Assembly: GCA_002633005.1 (NCBI GenBank)
Contig: NMRA01000111.1
Coordinates: 52,360-116,359 of the forward strand
Direction: 5' to 3'
Origin: Phoronis australis
Lineage: Eukaryota > Animalia > Phoronida
DNA: 64,000 nt
The notes beneath the pieces are model-generated. The model searched no databases, was not told the DNA's origin, and worked only from the letters and a program-made list of their open reading frames with translations. The position numbers and the translations under genes are program-made. Below, piece after piece: positions 1 to 11,000 of this stretch. Numbering within the stretch: the stretch's first letter is position 1; each line of letters opens with the position of its first letter.

Positions 1-313
1 CTTTAGGATGATTCTGACTACCGGTATGCCTCTAGTGGCAATTTAAATATTTTACATTGACCTCTGTATTTTCATAGGTCTTCAGGTGTATACTTTGTGT
101 TACTTCGTGACTATGAAGGAAAAGTTCCAAGTAGAAATTTGTTTCTGGCATTCTAATGCTGTGCTAATCTCATATGTTGGTAAATTTGTTTTTAATTCTA
201 TGTTTCTGTGGTGCTTTAAGCAACTGATGTATAGGATGTGCTTGTATTATGAAGATCACTCACATTTTGCCCCTTAGCCTATTGAGGAGACAATGACCAT
301 GCCTTTCCATTTT

Positions 314-440
314 GCAAAGTACAACATACTACATACACGCCCTCTACTGGCCGCTTTATGGTACCAATGAACAACCCTAGAAGGATACCGTATACGGTGC
401 AATTGTGGGCGCATTTCAACGCTCTGCGTTGCTCTTGTTT
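314..440 (+). mobile_element. 3' end fragment of a Helentron/DINE-1-like non-autonomous element (same family as 52627-53714)
   Basis: Near-identical to the reverse complement of about 52627-52753. Ends GTGGGCGCAT (subTIR), hairpin CAACGC-tct-GCGTTG, then CTCTTGTTT. Confidence 0.75.
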
Positions 441-1292
441 AGTTAAACACGATTTGAAATTGAAAATTGTTTTGGTGCGATTGAAGTTAAGACTTTCTGA
501 AAATGTTGGAAATTGCGCAAGTTTTCACTTGCAAAATACGGATTTTTAACATGAAGGTTACATATTATGTCCTTATTGTGTTGGCAGCCTTGCATATATC
601 AATTAGGTGATAAAATGCAGACGTGGTAATTCAAAATAATCTTGTTTGCCTTGATCATGGGATATTTAAACTGATATCGGATGTCAATGTATCGTTGCAA
701 TCATTTTTTAAAAAACATTAAAAGTATTTTATTTTAGGAATCTGGCATTTTATTTCCAAAGATATCCTAGTGTAGCTAAGGTCTGTGTGTGTTAAATGCA
801 CTGTGTCTGAAGGGGCGGTCTTTTAACAAATGCAATCTGTCATAACAGTACAATCTGACTCATTAAGGAGACAAAGTCACCTTTGTCAGGTGTGCTAATT
901 ATCTTCCTTTCATCATTACGTACTTTTCTTGTCATTAGCCAAGAACCTGGTCATTTGCCACGATTTTCTGCCAATTTTTTTCATTATGAGATTCCAGTCA
1001 CGTAGAGACCTTTCATTTAATGTCAACACCAGTCCAGGAAACATAGTTTTAACTTTGTAAAGTAAAATTTTGATAAGTTTTTAGTGTACTGTTGTGGCTC
1101 TTTAGGGCCTTTGGTATTAAGGAGCTAGTACAGTGGACTAACATTTTTTCTTCACCACAAGAATTTTAGTCCCAATGGGAAAGGTGATTTAGAACGGTCT
1201 AAATTTGGGATGGTACTGGAAAAGACCGGACTAGCGAGCATACCAAAGTTGATCCCATTACGTAAGCCCAGTGCAAAAGGTTTGGTCCGGAC

Positions 1293-1954
1293 CAGGGCTT
1301 TATCCAGGATTTCGAACATAGGGTGTCCAAAATGAGGTTCCCAATATTCCAGGGCGTCCATGATTGCAACGACGCACTACCCCCACTCCCCACTACCATT
1401 CACCAGTACCCCCCCACACACACAATTAAAAAAATGCGTTGAACAGTTACCAACACAAGAAAAATGCACTGATGATGTGTGGTTTATATTTTTGCTACAG
1501 GTGTCACTGCTGCTCCATTTTAAGATGCACATAGAAAAGCATGAAACGGGCGAAAACTCAAACATTTTAAATGGGGATATTCTTGTGGTACATCATATTA
1601 TTAAAATAATGACATTTATTCCGCTTTTGGTATTTTTAAAAAAGATGAAATACATGAAGCTACAGCTCTGACACACCAGTTTGGAGTTGAGCAAGGTCGG
1701 TGTCCCTATATGAAAACATTTTGAACTTTGCAACATTTTAAATACATTGTATATTTCTTTCTGAGTTGAAAGGGCCAACTTCTCTCTTTCATTAACTGGG
1801 GTGTCCTAGTAATCTTACAATGTGGGTGTCCAAACTGGAGAAATTCTAATTGACAGGGAGTCCAAATGGTACATTGGGCGTCCTTGCCAGGGCCTCCAGA
1901 TTAGTGCTAGGGCGTCCACATGGACGACCAAGACATACGCTGCATGAAAGCCTT
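1293..1954 (+). mobile_element. hAT-like MITE, copy 1
   Basis: Termini CAGGGCTTTATCCAG ... CTGCATGAAAGCCTT(G). Flanks GTCCGGAC / GTCCGGCC (8-bp TSD, 7/8). Both ends are homologous to 3970-4396. Confidence 0.75.
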
Positions 1955-2023
1955 GTCCGGCCTATTTTGCTCGACCGTCCTAACTTATCTCCCCGCTTCA
2001 CACAATTGCGGAGTTCTTCCCAC

Positions 2024-3050
2024 CAGGGTATCAGCCAGGATACTGATATTGCCAGTCTCAAAGCCAGACATTTGTCACGATTTGCGAGGCTCGTAGTGCC
2101 GAGTAGGGAGTTTCCTCTTCCACCTAGGAAATTTTTGATTTTTGTCCTTGAAAGGTTGCATTTTCCTTGATTTCTACAGCATGACTTTGCCAGTTTTGCT
2201 TGTTAGTATGTTTTGTTGAACATAACACCCTAACTTCGGGCCTTAACTGCGTTAACTGCAGTGCAAAAGTGGCTCGAGGGATAGTAATTTTTCACAAATA
2301 CTCTGTTCACATCGGATCCACTGATGTAAAAAAGTGCGCTCTTGTGTAGGGCTAGACGGTTGCTTGATAGCCCAACACCGAGCTGGTAACTTTTGGCACC
2401 CAGTCAAGTGAAAGTTCGAGTTACTTGCCCGACCCGGCAAGTTGAATTGAAAGTTCTGTTTGGAAATTTTACTCCCTTTGAACGTAGTTTTTCGTTTATT
2501 AACCTGTAGCAGTTCCGTTGGGGAGATTTGTCACATGATATTTATGGGCAGCTTTCAGTAACTATCTCGTAGTGAAAAATTCATCAAAAATCACATGGTC
2601 CCGTCGAAAACATGCGGCGACGTAGTCTTGCTAAATCTTGCTTTTTTAGCTAAACACTAGGGTTACTGCATGCTCTCCTGAATTATCGTATGCGTCTTAG
2701 CGGACATTGTCGGACAACCCGGGAACTAGTAAATCCGTTGGCGTCATGAAAAAACACTCCTGCCTAGGCAACAATGCAATAATTTAAAATTTTGCATAAG
2801 ATTGAAAAGGTGTGCCTTTACAAGCCATGGCAATTACCTACTAAAAGTCAGATAGTGCATATGTGATGCCAAGTCATTGGCAATTAAGTTTCTGTTCAAG
2901 TGTCTGAACGTAGTTGTGTGTAAGTATCGAGAGTGTATACACTCCCGAAGATAAGGTGTAATGTTATGATGTAAGTACCCTACCATCGCTCCTGCACTTG
3001 CAAATTTTGCCTGCAAGATTCAACAATTCGAGTGGCTGGCGAATACTCTG
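2024..3050. mobile_element. Non-autonomous DNA transposon with CAG...CTG termini and 5-bp TSD (hAT5-like)
   Basis: Left end CAGGGTATCAGCCAG, right end CTGGCGAATACTCTG (12/15 inverted match). CCCAC lies directly on both sides. Confidence 0.6.
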
Positions 3051-3969
3051 CCCACCGCCATTTCTCACACTCTCGACGTTGTTGCTATTTCTGTCCACTC
3101 ACTGTTCACTGTATAATTTAAAAGTTAAACAAGTCTCAAAATTAGAATAGAAGTGGCAATTGGTTGCCGGATCCCTATTGCGTAGCGACATCTTGTGTTA
3201 GTTAGGACGGTGGAATATTACTAGTCAGGTCTAGTGAGAAAGATGACAATTTTGTATGGTAGATTATCACGCTGATCTAAAATAAGTTCTAGCCACAAAC
3301 TAGTCCAAGCTAACTCTATTGTGAAAGGAGCTTTTGTTTCCCCTAAATAAACCAAATAAGATATTAGTGTTGATGGCATCACTGTATGATGTTCCCGTTC
3401 TATGAATTATGTTGATGTGAAGCTGAAATTCTTGTTCTACTGGCACAGTTGAAAATCAACTTACAAAATTGCGAACTAAGTTCTAAATATTAGTGATGAC
3501 GGAGCTCGTGTATTCATTTTGTTTTTTTGAAATGTTTCATTATTATGCTACTTGATGTTAGTATTTGACTATCACAGGATTTGTGACTCCGTAGTATTAT
3601 GGTATTACTAGCATTTGTGACTGGGTAGTATTGTGTTGTTACTGGCCTTTGTCATTGGTCTGATTTTATTGGAGGTTTGCTGTTGACAGGTAACGATCAT
3701 ATTGCTCACATTGAGCATTTGTTGATTAATATTTCCTGAAGTAATTGTGAGGTTAAGCTATAAGGTTCAATGACACACAAGATGATTGTTTCAAACAGAA
3801 GTTGTAAAAATTCCTGAATTTCATATAATAAAAATGTATCATTCTTCCTAAAAATAAGGAATCAGGCTTGAAAATTTGAAGACCATGAGAATTTTTTTAT
3901 CATTGAAAGAATGTAAATTAATGATGTTCAAACAAGTTTCAGTGTGGATAATTGAAGAGGCTTGCTTAC

Positions 3970-4396
3970 CAGGCCTTTATCCAGGATTTCGAAAATAGGG
4001 TGTCCAAAATGGGGTTCCCAATATTCCAGGGCATCCATGATTCCGAGGCATAACCCCCCCACCCCCAGCAATCCACCCAAACACACAGCCTTCTGTAGTG
4101 AGCATTTTTACTAAAAAAACTAGACCAAGACTTTCCAATGCTATCAACCAAGTGTGAGCATAGCAACATTGTATATACTTTGTATATACATTGTATATGT
4201 CTTCCTGCTTTGAAAAAAGAGCCACCACTGTGAGTCTTCATAGGCGGCCTAGTAATCATTACAATGTGTGTGTCCAAACTTGAATGGTTCCTATTGATAG
4301 TGGACGTCCAAATGATACATTGGGGTCTTGCCAGGGCTCCATATTAGTGCTAGGGGTCCATTTGGACGCCCAGAACATACGCTGCATAAAGGCCTG
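3970..4396 (+). mobile_element. hAT-like MITE, copy 2 (internally shorter)
   Basis: TIR CAGGCCTTTAT ... ATAAAGGCCTG. TSD TTGCTTAC / TTGCCTAC. A further partial copy of the left end lies on the minus strand at about 5543-5591. Confidence 0.8.
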
Positions 4397-5004
4397 TTGC
4401 CTACTAAAAGACACTAAATCCACAGTTTGGCTGCTAACTTTGATTACTGCTAACATGTAACAAACATTCATCTTTGAAACAAAACAATGGTCTTTAGACT
4501 GTCACCATTTCCCAAGTTTGGCAAGTCTTGACAACTCCTTACAAGTTGTCCTAAATTGGCTAGTGTGGCTAATGCATGGGGCGAGTCAATGGACAGGTGA
4601 CTTTGGGGAAAGGCCGGACATCTCGAACTATCAAATCTACTTAGCTACACTGAGGTAGCAATACTTTCATCTTTCCAACAGACTACTAATTACACAATAA
4701 CAGATGACTGAATTGATTTTTTGAGTAAAATCGCCATAACATGTCATTTAAATTAGATTGTGTTGTTGTCTAGTTTGGTTCCATTCATTCTCCTGCCCCT
4801 TGTTTTTTGTCTCCTTTAACCATGTGAGATAGTTGTTCAAGATTTTCTTGTGTTGCGTCGTCATGGCCATTTTGTCCGAACATATGCATTAATATAACAT
4901 TGGTTGCAGCCACTTAGCTTCAGCATGTCACTATTTTTAGAAAAAAATCACATTGTGAAACTGACCTGATTTATTTTTATTACTGTTTTTGCGCTTTCTT
5001 AAAG

Positions 5005-8000
5005 GTTTCATGAGAGCTATCCAGCTCGCCATGGTTATGATCACGGTGACCCACCCTTGCCTGTCCCTCCATCCGAAGTGGGACCCCACGTCAACAAAAG
5101 ACCTCGGCTGACAATTGACACACGGGCATGGCAGCAGCCTCTGAGAGTGGAGACTCGTGAAGTTGAAGTCAAACGGGTATGTGTTGTTAATACTGTTTAC
5201 ACTGTCTATGCATCAGACCTTCATCTAGCCGGTGTCCAGTGTGTCTAAATGGACATTCTGACTTACATTTAGACACCGTTGCTACGACCCAGTTCAGCAT
5301 TTGGGAGACCTAGTAAAGTAAGCAAGCAATGATGTCTCTTTTAACTGGCTGACGGCAGTTATGGAAGCTCATTGGTCAGTCTAGAATAAAAAAGGTTAAG
5401 GTAAGATGTGATGTAAGAGAATGATAAACTTTATTGTAGATCCATGTCTCCTCAGAAAAATTTCACACTATAACAATAATTTGACGTGGTGTCATATAAA
5501 TGCAATCATGCATCATTGGTTGTGGACACCACGAGAAATTGGAAAACCCCTTTTTGGACATTCTGTTTTTGAAATCCGGGATAAACCCCTGCCGTGCATT
5601 TGCTTTTTTTGTGTCAAAAGTTTAGTGCTGGACTAAAATACTCTTTCTTTCACAATCCAACAAAGTGGAGGTTTCTCTGGGTGTTTTGCTAGAAATTCAC
5701 CGAATATGAAGGATTTTGAATTTTTGTTAATTTCTGTAAGTACTCGGCTAAATTTGACTAAGCATGATAAAAATTAATGGTACGCCACTTAATTTGACAT
5801 TTTTCTCCTGGCTTGAAAAAACTGCGGACGAGTAAGGTAAATCAGGGTTGCCGAAAATTGTTGAGTAATCTTTTCCAACACTGAATTTCAAGCCTCTTGG
5901 TAACTATTGTGGTGAAAGCTTGAGTAAGACTGTTGGCCAGCGACATAAATCAGGCAGACTGTCTTTTATGAATTCTGTCGCCAATCAAGATTCGTTTTCT
6001 TTCCTACTGGTGATCAAAATCAGCAAATCGCATGGCCTGTTCAAAGATGACAACGTAGCTTGTGCGTACACTGAAGTGTGTTGAAATAAAGATGTTTGGC
6101 ATGCTGTTACCAAAGTTATTTGAGCTTAGTGTGGAACTTTGAATAAGGTAGCCGCAAAAAGTTTGAATAATGACCAGGCTTGAATAATATTGGCCAAGCT
6201 TAAATAACTACATACTTTCAAGCTTAATAAGTATTACCCAGTAAGGATTATTCAAGTTTAATGCCGTAAGTTGAATAAACACGGAGTCATACTTTTCCTT
6301 CTCAGATTAGTTCAGAAAGAGTCCTGTGCTTAATTTGGAAATTACTGTTTTGAACTTCAAAATACAATGTTCAGGTTGCATTTACTCTGTCATTCAGCTT
6401 TCTCAAGAAGTACTGCTGACATGAACTGCACAATGTTAGTATCTGTATCTTTTGTTATACAGGAGCCTGCGTACAACCCACAAGTGGAGGCCATCTCACC
6501 CACATTCCCTCCAGAGGACCCGAAGGCGGAAAGCATTCGCTCATGCAAGGACGAGCTGATGTCCAACATTGACAAGGTGGACCGCGAGATCACTAAGGTT
6601 CAGTCACAAATAGCCAACCTTGAGAAAAAACAACAGCATCTGGAGGAGCAAGCAGCCAAACCACCAGAGGAGAAGGCAGCTGAGGCGGAGAAAGTAGATA
6701 ATGCACCCAAGCACCAGAGTATAGCACAGATTATCTACTCGGAGAATAGGGTAGGTTGGAGAGAGATTAGTACTTGGAAATTAATGTTGATTGGGATGTG
6801 TTCGGATGGGTTTAAGCACCCGAGTCTTGTGTTAGGTTGGGGTGAGTTGTCGATGTGCCCAACCATCAGAGTGCAGATCATCTATTCTGGAGAATAGTGT
6901 AAGGCGTGGTATAAATTTGCTTTTGAGGGTGACAGACAGGTAGTGCCAGTAAACGTCATGTACTTGGATGAGAGGGTATGTGTTGGTGGGGTTTTGATTG
7001 GAGTATCAGGTGGACCAGAGTAAGTACATCCAGCTGTCTGAAAATGGGGAGATGGTGGTTGAAATTGTTTTCAGTCTTATTTTGTTTGTAAACATTTCCA
7101 TTATATAATAATGTTGTTATGCTCCAACAGCTTAAGTTCTCAACAGTTGTTTGTGACTTTCTGGGTAATCTTCAAATTTTGTAGTTGTTAGTTGCTCTTA
7201 GTTGTATCATCAAACAGCTCTTGTATCTTTCCCATGTAACGTGATCCCTGACGGATGTTCTAGTAACTCAAGATTAATTCCAAGCTTTGGCACTGTTGTC
7301 AGTGTGCTTGTAGGGTTATCCTGTTGTTGTGTTGTAATTATGTGAACACTGTCGATGATTAATATCACCTGTCAGTCACCATAACATGAGAAATAACACT
7401 TTGCTAATTGAACATTTACCGCTGTCAAGTAATTAGCATATTCACTGATTGCCTGCAACTTTGGTGTTCATTAATTTTCTGCAATGTACTCTTTGTCTTT
7501 TCTTGGTGACTATTCTGCTACCTTGTTTTGAGCGTGTATTGATCATTTTATTTTTTCAGAAAAAAGCCGAAAAAGCACATGCTATCCTGTCCAAACTTGG
7601 GCCGAAGATTGAGTTGGTATGTTTTGGTGCTCAAAGCTAAAATACTGTTGTTTGCATCATGAGGTCATGATTGTTCTAAAAAAGAATGACTGATATCCCT
7701 TACATGAACTGGAATGCCAAAAGCCATTTTCCGTGTTAAGTTGCTGTGTTAGTTTCGTAATGTTTGTGTCGAATCTCTTCATGGTCTTGGATAGAGAATT
7801 TGGTGTCATTTCTTCACAAGTTGCCGTGCAGCTCAACCATTAATCACAAGGCGAAGATACTATTTCAGCAAACAGACTCCAACATTTGTGCCGGTTTGAT
7901 GGTTATGTGCTACCAGTAATAGAGCATTTTCTTATCACTTTTTGTAAATTTGTAATTTGTGCCTGTTTTTCCAAAGGTTGTACAGTCAGTCCTATCTAAG

Positions 8001-11000
8001 ACCATTTTATCTTGTATTTTATTTTTCTTGCTGCACATTCTAATAAAAAAATCCGTATCTCATTCACGATCATGTGCCTGTGGGGCATGTGGCCTTTAGT
8101 TAGACAGGTCCCTGTTGCATCACATGGTGCTGTTTGTTACAACACTACAAATTGTTTGTTTCAGCCTCTGTACAACCAACCATCTGACACTCAGGTGTAT
8201 GAGGATAACAGGAGGCAGTAAGTAATGCATTAGCTGTAGTTGGGTCCTGGTCAAATTCTGTCATTAGTATCTGAAATGTGTGTAGGAGTTTGACTATTTT
8301 GTTTTAATCGGGGGTGGATGCATTCTATTTTCTTCTCAAACTTCTCACTAAATTAAAGCATTTTTATTTGCTGAAAGGTCATTAGTTGCTTTACGGAGGT
8401 TGTGACTGTGTCTAGGTACCAGAAGTTCAAAGGTCGGCTCATTCTTCACTTCAAGAAGCGGCACCAGGCTAACAAGATTCGCGAGCGCTACCTGACACAG
8501 CGCTATAACCAGCTGATGCAGGAGTGGCTGAAGAAGATGGAAAAACAAGAGAACAACACCAAGCGCAGGTAACCAGGGGTATAATAGGGCAGGGTGGGGT
8601 GGTGTTGGTGGGGGTGTGGCGCACTTGTCTTTGTCTTTCAGCCAATTGGTGCTTGAATGATCTGGCTGTAGAACAATATCTAGTGCAGGTAACGAGGGCT
8701 GGTTGTTGTGTGTGGGGGAAGGTGTAGCGTAGTGCCAAAACTGGCTCTATAGTACGGCCTTTGTTAGGTGACTTTAGTGAACCAGGAGGTGAAGGGATTA
8801 GTAATGCCAAGTATGTGTAGTAGAGTGGTGCAGCAGTATAGTACTGGTGCTAGGTTAAACATGACTGCCAAGTATGTGTAGTAGACTGGTACAGCAGTAT
8901 AGTACTGGTGCTAGGTTAAACATGACTGCCAAGTATGTGTAGTAGACTGGTACAGCAGTATAGTACTGGTGCTAGGTTAAACATGACTGCCAAGTATGTG
9001 TAGTAGACTGGTACAGCAATATAGTACTGGTGCTAGGTTAAACATGACTGCCAAGTATGTGTAGTAGAGTGGTGCAGCAGTATAGTACTGGTGCTAGGTT
9101 AAACATGACTGCCAAGTAAAGTAGTGCGCTTGATTTGCAGTTGCTTGTCTAAAATATTGTTTTATACATTGCTTTATTTTCATCATTCATTCCCTGTTGT
9201 TGCTAGAAGATGTGGTGAAGATTTTAGTATCTTTCAATTAAGACCCATAAGTGTAAAAGTTTACGCTGTTGTTCAATTGTCTAAATGTTCATTTCAATAT
9301 TCTATTTCAAGGGCAAAGGAAGCTAAACTGAGGGAGTTCTATGAGCGTGTTTTCCCAGAAATCAAGAAATCTAGAGAAGACAAAGAGAGGTTTTCAAGGT
9401 ACTTGTCTATAATGAGCTGTTCATTGTTCACTTGTTTCTTGCTCTCAAACTCTGCAGCACTTTTTACTTACTTCAGAATCCTAATTCTGTGATGTGCTTT
9501 CATATTATTTTATATTTCACTTTGTATTATAGAACACTTCACTCAATTTTACTTCTATTGCTAATAAGCCCTGTATTGATTATGTGCACCTGAGATGGCT
9601 CGGGACTTGATGGTCGGTTGTGGTTTGAATGTTATTGATTAATTCCCCTTATAGAGCAGTGCAACAGGGCGCACAGGCAGCTATCCCAGGATTCCGTGGC
9701 AAGTAAGTCGGCTTACTTGCTCGCTGTCTTTTGCATGCTATTTTTGGTGCTTTGAGTCAGCTCTGCTCCGTATCGCCTCAGTTTAGTATTCTGAAAACAA
9801 TAGTTTATTAATGTGAGCACTGAGAAAGATTTTTTGGTTTTGAAGACAACTATTTGTTGACAATTCAGACTCTGCAATGTATGGTATTTTGAGGATTGTA
9901 TGATCATTGCGTTGACATGAAAAAGAACATTCACTTGGTCAAGGAAATACGTAGACATAGTACTGACAATGCTACTAACCTGTCCGGTCAGACTAACACG
10001 TGAAGTTGCATGTCCTATGATTTAGTCTAAACGATGGTTTGAATTAACATATCCTATGTCCACATTATCCTTGCATAGTTATCAGTACTCTTGTTGGAAA
10101 GTGTGACTGAATTTTTCAGTGTTTGCAATGGGTCGAGTTTTGCAAGCCAGTGTATGAATTCTGAATTGTTCATCGTAATACCACTCCTCTGAAGTATAAT
10201 TGGGTCACATAGAACCATCTGATCATGCTGAAATTTCATTCAATGGAGTGTTCCATTTTTACTATTTTGAAATATCTACACTGTCTTGTTATTTTGAAGG
10301 CTTCCAAATTGTCTGCTATCAAATACAGCAACTCTAGTGTAACAAAAAAGTCTGTCTTATTAAATACCAGTAGAAATGTTCCAGTAACGTTATTTTGTCA
10401 ACACAAAACCTCTTCAACCTCTATGAGTCGTTGACATGGACATTTGAAAATATGTTAGCGGCAGTTAACGAATTTAAGTGCCGACAGTTTTTTTAATGCG
10501 AAAAATTATCGATCGAGTTTGCTTCTCAGTCACTGAACAACGTAAGATTTCTGCTAATAGTGGAAAGATATCTCGACACGCTTACTGGTCTATTGGTATT
10601 GCATGTTGGGGATACTGTGTTACATCATAACTTTGTATCTGGTGATGGGATTGTATGCACATATGCACCTGCAGATTTAGTTCAAATGCACTAATAGGTT
10701 TGTGATAGCTAGAAGGGTTGGTTGGTTGAGAATATTAGGCTGCGGGCTACATAATGCTTTTCCTCTGTGTATTCTAGCAACTGGGAGTTTTCCAATTCAC
10801 ATGATTATGTTTGAATATTGTCCTTAGATGGTTTTATTGGAGAAATTGCTGCCTATCCGATTTGGTTTGTTTTACGTTATGACAGCAACCTCCTTCATAT
10901 GTGTTTATAACCCATACAATGTGGAGTTACACACCAATTATAAAAGCTACAATACATTACTTTTTGGTCACATGGTTTCCTGTCATAAAATTCTGACTTT

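Noticed and set aside
1-5004. Upstream NCoR coding exons
   Set aside because: No convincing exon found among the repeats; they probably lie upstream of the window.
8805-9118. Regular repeats (also 22453, 39464, 59582, 62232) as a CRISPR array
   Set aside because: Head-to-tail units with no unique spacers, no cas genes, eukaryotic intron context.
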